This document shows, one piece after another, positions 21,949-32,366 of a stretch of 64,000 nt of DNA. This stretch comes from an uncultured virus (IMG/VR IMGVR_UViG_3300044825_003205) (lineage: Duplodnaviria; Heunggongvirae; Uroviricota; Caudoviricetes), in the IMG/VR virus record IMGVR_UViG_3300044825_003205, positions 62,001-126,000 of that record; one strand, 5' to 3'. The position numbers and the translations under genes were made by a program. The notes beneath the pieces are model-generated. The model was not told where the DNA came from. It made no database searches and saw nothing but the letters and a program-made list of their open reading frames with translations. How positions within the stretch are numbered: the first letter of the stretch is position 1; each line of letters starts with the position of its first letter.

Positions 21949-21957
21949 GTAAAAAAG

Positions 21958-22767
21958 ATGATTAGTATAGATAAAGAATATTTTTCAAACCCTTACTATT
22001 TTTTGCTAAGGGAGAAAGGAGAACACTATTCACTTTATTTCTCTTCAGAAAAAACATTGACTGAAGCAAGGAAAAAGGATAAAGTGATTAAAATACCAAA
22101 AGATAAGTTGAAGAAGGTTGAGAAATATTTGGAAAAATTACTGAAACAGGATGAAAAAAAATCTACCGAAGAAATGAATGGTGAGATTGAAGAGTTGGTA
22201 AATGCTGACGGTAACATGATGAATTCAAAAATTCCAATTTTAGACCCAAGATTACATCCGAGAAAAACTATGGACCAATCAATTGCAATGGCAAGACAAA
22301 CAAATGACCCTGTAATTAGAGGTTATAGAAATTATTATGGTTACGGTATGGGTGAAGCGGATATGTCTAAAGCATTTGGGTATGAGGAAACAAAAGATTT
22401 AGATGGTGAGGAGACTTATGAATATTATAAAGATGAATTAGAAATGGAACCAGAAGAAGCAAAAGAAAGAACAAAACAACAAGGAAAAGACCCTTCAGGT
22501 AAAAAAGACGAAAAATCACCATACTACGATGAGAAAGGATTTGTTACGAAGGCAACAATATCTGAAATTCAAAAACAAAAAATGATTAAAGTTTTAGAAG
22601 ACATGCTCACAAGAAAAAAAGATACAGGTAAAAGTGATTTGTCAACAAAAGAAAATGAAGAAGAACTTCCTCTTTTGGTTAGAAGAAATTTAAAATCACT
22701 TTTGAAGAATATTGATAAACACGGGATTTCAAAGGAGCAAATTATAAAACAAATAAAGGGTGAATAA
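21958..22767 (+). CDS. hypothetical protein (charged, putative head-associated)
   Basis: Start moved to ATG 21958, after TATTTATA. Modules are bounded by LTE, IEE, MGE and ISE sites. Confidence 0.6.
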   Translation: MISIDKEYFSNPYYFLLREKGEHYSLYFSSEKTLTEARKKDKVIKIPKDKLKKVEKYLEKLLKQDEKKSTEEMNGEIEELVNADGNMMNSKIPILDPRLHPRKTMDQSIAMARQTNDPVIRGYRNYYGYGMGEADMSKAFGYEETKDLDGEETYEYYKDELEMEPEEAKERTKQQGKDPSGKKDEKSPYYDEKGFVTKATISEIQKQKMIKVLEDMLTRKKDTGKSDLSTKENEEELPLLVRRNLKSLLKNIDKHGISKEQIIKQIKGE

Positions 22768-23236
22768 GGATTTATATAATAGTGCTAGTGGTATTGTGGA
22801 ATTCCCAAAAGAAATGAGGGAACACATGACAATTTGTTTCAAGAAAGCAAATTGTCAAGATGAAAGTTTAGAAGGGTTCAAAAGAAACAAAGAACTACAA
22901 TCTCAAAAAACTATAGATTATAAACAACTAAAAAGGATTAAAAATTTCTTTGATAACTTCCAAGGAAAACAAGAAGATTTACCATTCATTCTTAATGGTG
23001 AGTTTAAAATGAAAACATGGGTTGATAATCAACTTAGAAGAATGAGAGAGGGTATTCATCAAACCAAACAAAATAAAATGGATACTGGTATGGAAAATCA
23101 ATTTATGGACCCACATCAAAAAGATAAACTTGTTGATGTTAGAAAATCAAAAGAACATAAAAATACTTTATCAAAATACGACGTTGAAGTCACAGAATCC
23201 CTAAGAAGGATAAATCAACTAATCTCAAAAATTTAA
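22760..23236 (+). CDS. hypothetical protein
   Basis: 158 aa ORF with GTG start overlapping the previous stop; ends VTESLRRINQLISKI. Confidence 0.65.
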   Translation: MNKDLYNSASGIVEFPKEMREHMTICFKKANCQDESLEGFKRNKELQSQKTIDYKQLKRIKNFFDNFQGKQEDLPFILNGEFKMKTWVDNQLRRMREGIHQTKQNKMDTGMENQFMDPHQKDKLVDVRKSKEHKNTLSKYDVEVTESLRRINQLISKI

Positions 23237-23240
23237 AAAT

Positions 23241-23540
23241 ATGGCAAACGAACTTACTTTAGATTTATCACAAGATGTCCCTAATGCTCTTACTGCTATT
23301 GCAGACCAAGAAAGAGCAAAATTAATACCTAAAAACGATTATAATGCCGTTGGTAATGAATACTCTTCAGTAAACAGAGACGCAGTTGCTGATGGTGATA
23401 ATAAAGGTAGAGGTACTGGAGTTTATTTAGACGTATACAACCAAAGTGCTGGTGATAAAACAGACATCGCAGAAAGACAAAACGAAATCAAAATCAACAA
23501 ATTTAACGCACAAAAACCCTATCCTAACTTCCAGTTATGA
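23241..23540 (+). CDS. hypothetical protein
   Basis: 99 aa ORF in a tightly packed operon. Confidence 0.65.
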   Translation: MANELTLDLSQDVPNALTAIADQERAKLIPKNDYNAVGNEYSSVNRDAVADGDNKGRGTGVYLDVYNQSAGDKTDIAERQNEIKINKFNAQKPYPNFQL

Positions 23541-23917
23541 GACTAAACACAACACTTAAGAATTTAATTGTTGAAATCGCCTCAATCGAGAGCGTAGTTG
23601 ATTGCATCAAAAACAAAAAGAAATGCATTATCTACTACGATGGTGATGAACCTGGTGGACGTGGTCTGAGGGAAATAGAACCTGTTTGTTTAGGAACAAG
23701 TAAAGCAGGTAACAAAGTATTAAGAGCTTGGGACGAAGAAGGTGCGTCACACACAGGATATAAAGGGGAACAACCCCTCCCGGGTTGGAGGTTATTTAGA
23801 TTGGACAAAATACTTTCACTGAAACCAACTGGTGAAAATTTTTCAGAAATGAAACCAAATTTTAATCCAAATGGTGACAAAAGCATGACAAATGTTATTA
23901 TTGTAGCAAAATTTTAA
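23537..23917 (+). CDS. stand-alone WYL-domain protein
   Basis: I.Y....G.REIEP..LG......LRAW......WRLFRLDKI pattern of WYL domains; no HTH domain. Confidence 0.75.
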   Translation: MRLNTTLKNLIVEIASIESVVDCIKNKKKCIIYYDGDEPGGRGLREIEPVCLGTSKAGNKVLRAWDEEGASHTGYKGEQPLPGWRLFRLDKILSLKPTGENFSEMKPNFNPNGDKSMTNVIIVAKF

Positions 23918-23919
23918 TT

Positions 23920-24483
23920 ATGGAACAATTAATGCAAAAACTTATGGTATCAAAAGCAATAATGGATAAAACCAATAATATTGCTAGAGGTGCAACACAA
24001 GGGGTTTCACTCCCTTCAACAGAATTACAAAGTTTTCAACCAACTGACGCAAAATATAATATTCCACAAGAGTTTCTTGGGGAAGCACCAATCTCTCGAC
24101 CAACTAAAAATCCTTCAGTCCCAACTGTTGATGCAATCAAGAATTCTAAGTTACCTGATGCAATTAAAAAGTTGATGATTGAACATCCCATAGTTCCACC
24201 ACAAATGCAGACAGGTCCAACTCTTTCTAATGAACTTGTGGAAAAAGCATCAAGGTTAATGAAAGATTCAAAACAAAATAATATTACACCAACAACATCA
24301 CAACAACAAATTCCTTCTAATATACCTAACCTCGAAAAGATGGTTGAAAATGCTGTCAGAAAAGTTTTAAAAGAAGAAGGACTTTTAACAGAATCAGAGG
24401 AAAAAACTAGTGAGGTTTTTAGTTTCAAAGTAGGGAAACACATTTTTGAAGGAAAAGTTACCAAAATCAAAAAACTACAGTAA
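23920..24483 (+). CDS. hypothetical protein
   Basis: 187 aa ORF containing IKNSKLPDAIKKLMIEHPI and VRKVLKEE motifs. Confidence 0.65.
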   Translation: MEQLMQKLMVSKAIMDKTNNIARGATQGVSLPSTELQSFQPTDAKYNIPQEFLGEAPISRPTKNPSVPTVDAIKNSKLPDAIKKLMIEHPIVPPQMQTGPTLSNELVEKASRLMKDSKQNNITPTTSQQQIPSNIPNLEKMVENAVRKVLKEEGLLTESEEKTSEVFSFKVGKHIFEGKVTKIKKLQ

Positions 24484-24536
24484 GACTTTTTTTATTGAGA
24501 AAACAAAACTATATTTTGACATAGAAATAAAATAAT

Positions 24537-25748
24537 ATGTCAAAAATTAAAGTTTTATGTTTACCGTCCGACCGAACAGGTGTCGGAAAATTTAGGTCTG
24601 TTGACCCTCATATTGCATTACAAAATCAATATCCTGATGATTTTCACGTAGATATCGTATATGACCCCCCAATGGAAGACGATAACTTTTGGAAAGGTTA
24701 TGATATTATTTCCTACCACAGAAGTATCGGTACCGACTTCGATTTAGGTAATTTAATGATTAAAAAACTAAACAGTATGGGTATACCTACTGTTTGCGAT
24801 ATTGATGATTATTGGATGCCAGGTAAAGAACACCCAATTCATGACATAATCAGGGTAAATAAAATCAACGAAAAGATTGTTAACAATATACGTGATTCAA
24901 AATATGTCACAACAACGACAACTTTATTTGCAGACGAAATAAAGAAGACAAATAAGAATGTTACAATTTTTCCCAATGGGATAAATCCAAACGAAGCCCA
25001 ATTTAAAGAACCCACACCTGAATCTGATAGAATCAGAGTTGGGTGGTTAGGTGGTTCTTCACATCTTCATGATTTACAACTTTTGGAACAATCGTTCAGT
25101 AAATTGATTCCTTTGAAAGATAAAGTTCAATATGTTCTTTGTGGTTTTGATACCAGAGGAAGTGTTACTGAAATTAATAAGGAAACAGGAGAACAAAAAA
25201 GAAGAGATATTAAACCTGAGGAAACTGTGTGGGCAACTTATGAAAAAATATTCACTCAAAATTTTCAGATTATATCAGAAGACTACAAAAAACATCTTTT
25301 GAATTATAACCAAGATGAATACTCTGACATGGTAAATGAATCGTATAGGAGAGTATGGACTCAACCCGTGACATCTTATGCAAAAAATTATTCCAAATTT
25401 GATATTTCTTTGGCTCCGCTAAAAAATCATATGTTTAACAGAATGAAATCTCAATTGAAAGTAATTGAATCAGGTTTCTATAAAAAAGCATTAATTGCAT
25501 CAAATTTAGGTCCTTACACAATAGATTTGAAACATTGTTTAAAAAATGGTAACTTTGTCGACGGTAATGCTTTATTAGTAGATGAAAACCGTAACCACTC
25601 TGATTGGGCTAAGTATATCGAAAAACTTGTGAAAAACCCTAACTTAATCAAAGATATGGGTGAAAGATTGTATGAGACAGTTAAAGATATCTATGACCTT
25701 AAAGTTATTACCAAAAACAGAGCAGAATTCTATAAATCTATTATATGA
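24537..25748 (+). CDS. GT-B glycosyltransferase
   Basis: DIDDYW, RVGWLGGSSHLHDL and DISLAPL...FNRMKSQLKVIE, typical of phage GT-B enzymes. Confidence 0.8.
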   Translation: MSKIKVLCLPSDRTGVGKFRSVDPHIALQNQYPDDFHVDIVYDPPMEDDNFWKGYDIISYHRSIGTDFDLGNLMIKKLNSMGIPTVCDIDDYWMPGKEHPIHDIIRVNKINEKIVNNIRDSKYVTTTTTLFADEIKKTNKNVTIFPNGINPNEAQFKEPTPESDRIRVGWLGGSSHLHDLQLLEQSFSKLIPLKDKVQYVLCGFDTRGSVTEINKETGEQKRRDIKPEETVWATYEKIFTQNFQIISEDYKKHLLNYNQDEYSDMVNESYRRVWTQPVTSYAKNYSKFDISLAPLKNHMFNRMKSQLKVIESGFYKKALIASNLGPYTIDLKHCLKNGNFVDGNALLVDENRNHSDWAKYIEKLVKNPNLIKDMGERLYETVKDIYDLKVITKNRAEFYKSII

Positions 25749-26446
25749 TAAATTTACCCGTAGAGAAACTTTTGTTCATTGATATTGAAACAGTTGGATG
25801 TGCATCGACTTTATCTGATTTGAAAAAAAATGATGAAAAGTTATATTCACTGTTTGAACATTACGAGTCTTGGTTTAAAAAAAGGTTCCCTGAAGATTCC
25901 AATTTAACCTTGGAGGAACTATTCATTTCAAGAAGTGCATTAGTTCCTGAGTTCAACAGAATTGTCTGTGTATGTTTAGGACTTGTAGATATGAAAGGAA
26001 ACTTTAAGACAACCGTTATTTCAAATATCGATGAAAAGAAATTACTTGAGGATACTAAAAAAACATTGGTAAAGTGTGGCGAAATGGGATATTGGTTGTG
26101 TGGTCATAACGTTAAGAATTTTGATATTCCAGTATTAGGTAAGAGGATGGTTATCAACGGTTTGATGCCTCCTAAAATTTTGCCTTCATTTGATACTAAA
26201 CCATGGGAAGTTAAAGCTGTAGATACAAGAGACGTATGGCAATTTGGGCAATATGCCTCGATATCCACTTTGGACTTAATGTGTGGTGTGATGGGTGTAG
26301 AATCTTCAAAATCAGAAGATATGGATGGTTCTAAAGTCCACGACAACTTTTGGAATAAAAAAGATTATAGTAAAATAAACGAATACTGCGAGAAAGACGT
26401 TCAAGTTTTATATAACGTAGTTTCAAAATTTATAAATTTAAAATAA
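25745..26446 (+). CDS. PolB-like DEDD 3'-5' exonuclease
   Basis: FIDIET, GHNVKNFDIP and YCEKDV. Confidence 0.85.
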   Translation: MINLPVEKLLFIDIETVGCASTLSDLKKNDEKLYSLFEHYESWFKKRFPEDSNLTLEELFISRSALVPEFNRIVCVCLGLVDMKGNFKTTVISNIDEKKLLEDTKKTLVKCGEMGYWLCGHNVKNFDIPVLGKRMVINGLMPPKILPSFDTKPWEVKAVDTRDVWQFGQYASISTLDLMCGVMGVESSKSEDMDGSKVHDNFWNKKDYSKINEYCEKDVQVLYNVVSKFINLK

Positions 26447-27048
26447 TGGATAAAGAATTATTCAATTTAGTACAAAAAGAATTCGATAGACTCAAAAAAA
26501 ATTATGGTATCGGTGATGCAGAACTCAGAGAAGAAGACATTGAAAACATATTAGGTATTTCTGTAGATGAGCTCGAGAAGGAGTATGCATCAAATAGTCA
26601 TAAACATATATTAGAGATAGAATCAATTCATCCCGATAGTGTTATGCCAACCTACGCGTTTGAGTCTGACTCAGGTTTCGACCTTTGTTCTGTCGAAGAA
26701 ATTACAATTCCCCCAATGGGTAGAGCATTAGTTCCCACTGGACTCAAATTTGGAATTCCTGAAGCAACTGAAATTCAAATAAGACCCAAAAGTGGTTTGG
26801 CAATAAACCAAGGAATTACTGTATTAAACACACCAGGAACTGTCGATTCAGGATATAACGGAGAAATTAAAGTTATTATTTTCAATAGTTCTTCAAACAC
26901 CTGTACCATTAAAAAAGGAATGAAAGTTGCCCAAGCGGTTCTATGTCCTGTTTTTTCGGGTAAGTTTGTAACATTAGAAAAAGTTGATAAAATCGGGGAG
27001 AAAGACAGAGGAGAAAATGGATTTGGGAGTACTGGTTTAAATTTATAA
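26446..27048 (+). CDS. dut: trimeric dUTPase
   Basis: SGFDL, IRPKSGLA, GTVDSGYNGEI, AQAV and RGENGFGSTG. Confidence 0.95.
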   Translation: MDKELFNLVQKEFDRLKKNYGIGDAELREEDIENILGISVDELEKEYASNSHKHILEIESIHPDSVMPTYAFESDSGFDLCSVEEITIPPMGRALVPTGLKFGIPEATEIQIRPKSGLAINQGITVLNTPGTVDSGYNGEIKVIIFNSSSNTCTIKKGMKVAQAVLCPVFSGKFVTLEKVDKIGEKDRGENGFGSTGLNL

Positions 27049-27052
27049 TTTT

Positions 27053-28690
27053 ATGTCACTAACAATTGGATTTTCAACAAGAAGGAAGAACCCTGAATTT
27101 GTGGAGTATTTAAAACAAAGTTCAGGATTTAAAAAAATTCAAGTAATTGAAAAAATTAACAACGGTGAAAAATCCCTCAGTCAAGTATATAACGAAATAC
27201 TTTCTGAGTCGGAAAATGATATAGTTGTTCTTTGTCACGATGACATATATTTTGACACACCGTCTTGGTACTACAAGATTATCAAACATTTCACAAAAAC
27301 AGATTTTGGTATATTAGGTGTTGCAGGAACAACAGATTTATCAGAAACTGGACAATGGTGGGTAACGAACAAAAGAAGGAACATGGTCGGGATTGTCAAT
27401 CATGAAAATGAAGGAAAGAAATGGGAATCGAAATATTCTGAAAATTCAAATAATTCAATAATTCCAACAGTCATAGTTGATGGTTTATTTATTGCAGTAA
27501 ACAAAAAAAGATTAAACTCAGGATTTATCGAAGAATTTGAAGGATTTCACTTTTATGATTTATCATTTTGTTTAGAAAACTTTTTAAAAGGAACCAAAGT
27601 AGGAGTTATAACAAATATTAGAATTACACACAAATCTATTGGGATGACCAATGACCAATGGGAACAAAATAGAATTAAGTTTGTTCAAAAATACAAAAAT
27701 AACCTACCAACAAAAGTTCCATTTAATGTTAATAAAAAAATAAAAGTTTTAATAGGATGTTTATTTTTCCGAAATTTTACAGGTTCCGAACTGTATGTCT
27801 ATGAGTTAGCCAAAAACTTAATTACATTAAATTGCGACGTAACAATAATCTCGCAAATAGGGGGGCCTCTAACAGATATGGCAAAAAGATTAGGAATAAA
27901 ATGTGTGTCTTTTGAACAGGCTCCAGGATTCAAATTAGGAGACGGTAAGTGGGAATTTAATGGTCCAAATGGAATTGAAAAATCAAAACCAAATGTGATG
28001 TATAAGGTATCGGATGTAAATTTTGATTTGATTCATATACAACACCGACCAGTTGCGGAAAGGTTGTGTGAATTTTATCCTGATATTGACAAAATCTACA
28101 CAATACACTCAGAAATAATAGAACTGGAACACCCAATCAAACATGAGTCAATAAAAAAATATATTGCTATCAGACCTGAAATAAAAAATTACATAGTCAA
28201 TGATTTTGAAATTCCTGAAGAAATGGTCGAAGTTATATATAATCCCGTCGATAATGAAAAATTCAAACCTAAACAGGGTCAGATTAAACCTTCTTTACTC
28301 TTTGTTGGGACTATAGACTATTTGAGAAGAGAAACCATTATGGATTTATTAGATTATACCAAACAAAATGATAAGGAACTTTGGTTGATGGGGGAAGATA
28401 AAAGTAATTATCTTTCTATTCTACAGGAACAACCAAATGTTAAATATTTCAAACCGTCATGGAATGTTGAATCTTTGATTAATCAATGTGAAGAAACTGC
28501 AGGTATCCAATTAGGGAGAACAACTATTGAAAGTTGGATGTGCGGTAAACCAAGTTGGATATACAAAGTTAATTCATTTGGTGTGGTAGAATCAAAAGAA
28601 AAATTCGAACCTCCACAGGATTTGGAAAAATATCATTCATTGAATGTGTCAAAAAAAATTAAAGAAAAATACTTAGAAATATTATTATAA
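27053..28690 (+). CDS. two-domain glycosyltransferase (GT2-like plus GT4-like)
   Basis: N-terminal LCHDDI, GILGVAG, VDGLF and FHFYD; C-terminal TGSELY..ELA and VIYNPVD...F.P. Confidence 0.8.
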   Translation: MSLTIGFSTRRKNPEFVEYLKQSSGFKKIQVIEKINNGEKSLSQVYNEILSESENDIVVLCHDDIYFDTPSWYYKIIKHFTKTDFGILGVAGTTDLSETGQWWVTNKRRNMVGIVNHENEGKKWESKYSENSNNSIIPTVIVDGLFIAVNKKRLNSGFIEEFEGFHFYDLSFCLENFLKGTKVGVITNIRITHKSIGMTNDQWEQNRIKFVQKYKNNLPTKVPFNVNKKIKVLIGCLFFRNFTGSELYVYELAKNLITLNCDVTIISQIGGPLTDMAKRLGIKCVSFEQAPGFKLGDGKWEFNGPNGIEKSKPNVMYKVSDVNFDLIHIQHRPVAERLCEFYPDIDKIYTIHSEIIELEHPIKHESIKKYIAIRPEIKNYIVNDFEIPEEMVEVIYNPVDNEKFKPKQGQIKPSLLFVGTIDYLRRETIMDLLDYTKQNDKELWLMGEDKSNYLSILQEQPNVKYFKPSWNVESLINQCEETAGIQLGRTTIESWMCGKPSWIYKVNSFGVVESKEKFEPPQDLEKYHSLNVSKKIKEKYLEILL

Positions 28691-28692
28691 AA

Positions 28693-29475
28693 ATGAAATT
28701 ATACAATAAATTTATTATAATAGTTCCAGTTTATAATGCAAAAAATTTGATTGTTGACTGTTTATCATCAATATTCACACAATCATTTGAAGATTTGGGT
28801 GTAATAATTAGAGATGATTGTTCTACTGACGGTACTGATATTGAAATAAAAAAATTTTTAGGAGTTGACGGTGATGAAGTAATTTCTAAGTTTAATAACA
28901 AAGACTTTATTTTTATCAAGAATCAAAAAAAACTATACCCTGTCGGAAATACGTATGAAAGTGTCATCAACTTTGTTGATAATCAAGAATCAATAATAGG
29001 CGTTGTTGATGGAGATGACAAACTCTATGTAAGAACCGCAGTTTCCAAAATAAATAAAGTTTATGAAAACGAAAATAAATGGATGGTATGGTCACAACAC
29101 CAAAATTCCAGTGGTGGAATAGGGTCATCAAAACCATTACCTGAAAATGACATAATTTATTCGAGTAGAAATTATTGGTCTGTTACTCATTTCAGGACTT
29201 CCAAGTGTTTCTTATTCCACAAATTAAACAAAGAGGATTTGATGGACCCTTTTGATAAAGACACATACTTCAAGTTTTGTGGTGACGCATCTTTTTTATA
29301 TCCATTCTGCGAAATGTGTGGAAACGAAAAATCATTCTTCTTAAATGAAATTTTATACTACTACAATAATACACTTCCAACCAATGAGCATAATAAAAAC
29401 TTCAACATGGCAGTCAAGTATGGATTACACGTAAAATCCAATGGAAAAAAATATACTAAATTATTTATTTCATAA
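28693..29475 (+). CDS. GT2 glycosyltransferase
   Basis: IIVPVYNA, DDCSTDGT and VDGDD. Confidence 0.88.
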   Translation: MKLYNKFIIIVPVYNAKNLIVDCLSSIFTQSFEDLGVIIRDDCSTDGTDIEIKKFLGVDGDEVISKFNNKDFIFIKNQKKLYPVGNTYESVINFVDNQESIIGVVDGDDKLYVRTAVSKINKVYENENKWMVWSQHQNSSGGIGSSKPLPENDIIYSSRNYWSVTHFRTSKCFLFHKLNKEDLMDPFDKDTYFKFCGDASFLYPFCEMCGNEKSFFLNEILYYYNNTLPTNEHNKNFNMAVKYGLHVKSNGKKYTKLFIS

Positions 29476-29499
29476 AATTTGGTTTTAAAATAAAATAAA

Positions 29500-30162
29500 A
29501 TGAATGAAGTTACAGTTGTTTTCACATCATGTGGAAGATTTGGTTTTTTAAAAGAAACTGTCGATTCTTTTTTATCTCAAAACACTTATCCTATTAAAGA
29601 GTATATTGTAATTGAAAATTCGGGAAATTCTCAATCCTTTTTCGAACTCAGTAATATTTTCAAAAACATAGAAAACGTCAAGATTATCATTAATGAGCAA
29701 AACATAGGACAAGTTTCTAGTATTGATAAAGCCTATGAATTCGTAGAAACGGATTATATTTTTCATTGTGAAGACGATTGGAAATTTATTAATTCAGGAT
29801 TCATCGAAAAATCTTTGGATATTTTGATTGAAGTTCCTAACATTAGTAATGTGAATATTAGGAGAAGGAATGACAACTCCAAAGGTAGTTTTCATCCTAT
29901 AGTGGGTCCATTTAAATTGAAAGACCAATCAAAATACTACATTTATCAACAAAATTATCTTGGGGAGTGGCACGGATTCTCGTGGAACCCAGGTTTAAGG
30001 AGAAATAAAGAGTATCAATTAGTGAAGCCATATAAGCAATATACAAATGAACAAGGTGTAAATCAAAAAATGAAAGAGCTTGGTTTCTTTTCCGCTTGTT
30101 TAGAGGATTCTTATTGTATTCACATAGGAGAAAATAGTTCAACATTTAAAGCAAATATGTAA
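29500..30162 (+). CDS. GT2-like glycosyltransferase
   Basis: TSCGR..FL..T..SF, YIFHCEDDW, FSWNPGLRR and HIG. Confidence 0.8.
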   Translation: MNEVTVVFTSCGRFGFLKETVDSFLSQNTYPIKEYIVIENSGNSQSFFELSNIFKNIENVKIIINEQNIGQVSSIDKAYEFVETDYIFHCEDDWKFINSGFIEKSLDILIEVPNISNVNIRRRNDNSKGSFHPIVGPFKLKDQSKYYIYQQNYLGEWHGFSWNPGLRRNKEYQLVKPYKQYTNEQGVNQKMKELGFFSACLEDSYCIHIGENSSTFKANM

Positions 30163-31109
30163 TGAAAAAAATTCTAATCACAGGAGGAAGTGGTTTTTTA
30201 GGAAGGAACTTAGCCTTAAGACTAAAAAACGACTATGAAGTATTTCTTGCTTCAAGAAATAACAAACAAAATTTTAGTTCAGGTAACTTTACAGGATGTA
30301 AGGTTTTACCTATGGACGTATCAAGCATAGAATCTGTCAGAGATGTCTTTTCTGAAGTTAAACCAGATATCGTTATTCACGCAGCCGCAACTAAATTTGT
30401 TGATTTGTGTGAGAGGTTTCCAATGGAAACTATAGATGTTAATGTTATCGGTTCTCAAAATGTCGCAAGAGTTGCAATCGAAAAAAATGTTGAAATTGTA
30501 GTTGGTATATCAACAGATAAAGCAGCACCACCTATTCGAAATATATACGGGTTGAGTAAATCTACAATGGAAAAACTTTTTTGTTCCATGAACGAAAAAT
30601 CTAAAACAAAGTTTACCTGTGTTAGATATGGTAATGTTGTTTGGTCCACAGGCTCTGCATTTCCGATATGGAAAACTATGTTAGAAAAAGATGGCATAAT
30701 AAAATCAACCGGACCTGAAATGAGGAGGTTTTTCTTCACAGTTGAACAAGCGGTTCAGTTAGTCATAGATGCAATAAACAATATAGACAAAATAAAAGGA
30801 AAAGTTTTATCAAGAGAAATGAAGTCCGCTCAAATTAGTGACATACTTGATGTATGGGTAGAACTTTATGGCGGAAGGTGGGAGCAATCTGAAGGTAGAC
30901 CAGGAGAAAGAAATGATGAATATTTGGTCGGAGAGATTGAATTAGAATACTCTACAAAAGAAGATATAAATGATGTTTCCCACTACATTATAAGTCCAAA
31001 CACTAAATCTAATGAAAAGTTAACACAAGTATTTCATTCAGGTAACTCTCCAAGATTGACTAAAGAAGAAATAATTAATTTGATTTTAGCAAAACCTGAT
31101 GTTTTATAA
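30162..31109 (+). CDS. UDP-GlcNAc 4,6-dehydratase-like SDR (PseB/FlaA1/CapD family)
   Basis: ITGGSGFLG, HAAATK, ISTDKA, YGLSK and VRYGNV. Confidence 0.85.
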   Translation: MKKILITGGSGFLGRNLALRLKNDYEVFLASRNNKQNFSSGNFTGCKVLPMDVSSIESVRDVFSEVKPDIVIHAAATKFVDLCERFPMETIDVNVIGSQNVARVAIEKNVEIVVGISTDKAAPPIRNIYGLSKSTMEKLFCSMNEKSKTKFTCVRYGNVVWSTGSAFPIWKTMLEKDGIIKSTGPEMRRFFFTVEQAVQLVIDAINNIDKIKGKVLSREMKSAQISDILDVWVELYGGRWEQSEGRPGERNDEYLVGEIELEYSTKEDINDVSHYIISPNTKSNEKLTQVFHSGNSPRLTKEEIINLILAKPDVL

Positions 31110-31756
31110 TGTTTGAAAATTCAGTTATTATTGCGGGAGGTGTCGGTTCAAGAATGAGACCTTTGACAAATTATATTCCCAAGGCGGTTGTAGAAATAAA
31201 TGGAACTCCTTTGATTCACAATTCTATCGAATTGTTGTCCACATATAATATTAATATATACGTAACCTACAATTATCTTCCTAACTTTATTTTCGAAAAA
31301 GTGAATTCGAGAGTTAAAGGATTTATAAATACAATAAATCAAGATAACTCTTACTTCCTTTTCAACAGCTTTATTAAAAATTTAAACGAACCAATTATTG
31401 TTCTCCCTTGTGATATAAAAATAGAGATAGACTTGAATCAAGTTTATAATGATTACTTTGAAAAAGGGGAACCAGCGATTATGATTATTGCTACAACTCC
31501 TGTGAATGGAGTTGATGGTGATTACATAGAGGAAGATGAAAATAACAATATTACTTCACTCAGTCGAACAATGGAAACAAAAAAATATTGTAGCGGTGTC
31601 CAAATAATAAACCCATACAAAGTTAATCAACTATCAGAATCCCATAATAATTTTTACAGTGTTTGGGAATCGTTGATTGAAAAAAAGGAACTAAAATTAA
31701 GTAGTATTTTACCTAATTCTTGGAACTCTTATGATGAAATAAAACAGATAAATTAA
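31109..31756 (+). CDS. sugar-phosphate nucleotidyltransferase
   Basis: IIAGGVGSRMRPLT..IPK motif; PCD. Confidence 0.8.
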   Translation: MFENSVIIAGGVGSRMRPLTNYIPKAVVEINGTPLIHNSIELLSTYNINIYVTYNYLPNFIFEKVNSRVKGFINTINQDNSYFLFNSFIKNLNEPIIVLPCDIKIEIDLNQVYNDYFEKGEPAIMIIATTPVNGVDGDYIEEDENNNITSLSRTMETKKYCSGVQIINPYKVNQLSESHNNFYSVWESLIEKKELKLSSILPNSWNSYDEIKQIN

Positions 31757-31762
31757 CAAACT

Positions 31763-32362
31763 ATGAATTTAGATTTTATATTAGAAAAAACACTAAATGG
31801 ACAAGGTGACTCTGATAGGCATTTGATTACATTATTTAGTATTGTGGTTGGTTCCAAAGCAAAAAATATATTGGAGCTTGGAGTCCGTAACGGAGATACT
31901 ACATTACCATTTTTATTAGCAGCAAAATTAAATCAAGGTAAGGTCTATTCTGTTGATATAGATGATACTAATTTTGTTGTTCCCGATGAACTGCAACCAT
32001 ATTGGCAATTTACAAAGATTGATGCAATACAATATTTGGAAAATTGGGACAGTTCTCAAAGTTTGGACATAGTTTACATTGATGATTGGCACTCGTACGA
32101 CCATGTGAAAAAAGAGTTATCTATTTTAGATAAATTAGTTTCCCCGTCAACAGTAATTTTAATACATGACTTAATGTACGGTGGAACTTGGCCCTTTTAT
32201 CATTCAGATATTACTTTGAAAGATGGTCAGTGGGCAAACGGTGGACCTTACAGAGCTGTTGCGGAACTAGACCCCCAATTTTGGGAATTCTCAACCTTAC
32301 CATGGAATAACGGTCTCACAATCTTAAGAAAAAAATATTCTAATAAATTTAAACAAAGATAA
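31763..32362 (+). CDS. class I SAM methyltransferase (Methyltransf_24-like)
   Basis: ILELGVRNG, YIDDWHSY, LIHD and NNGLTIL. Confidence 0.8.
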   Translation: MNLDFILEKTLNGQGDSDRHLITLFSIVVGSKAKNILELGVRNGDTTLPFLLAAKLNQGKVYSVDIDDTNFVVPDELQPYWQFTKIDAIQYLENWDSSQSLDIVYIDDWHSYDHVKKELSILDKLVSPSTVILIHDLMYGGTWPFYHSDITLKDGQWANGGPYRAVAELDPQFWEFSTLPWNNGLTILRKKYSNKFKQR

Positions 32363-32366
32363 CACA

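Noticed and set aside
24537..27048. DNA hypermodification role for the GT next to the exonuclease and dUTPase
   Set aside because: Not excluded but unsupported: no hydroxymethylase, TET/JBP or modified-nucleotide kinase in the window, and restriction-site avoidance suggests unprotected DNA.
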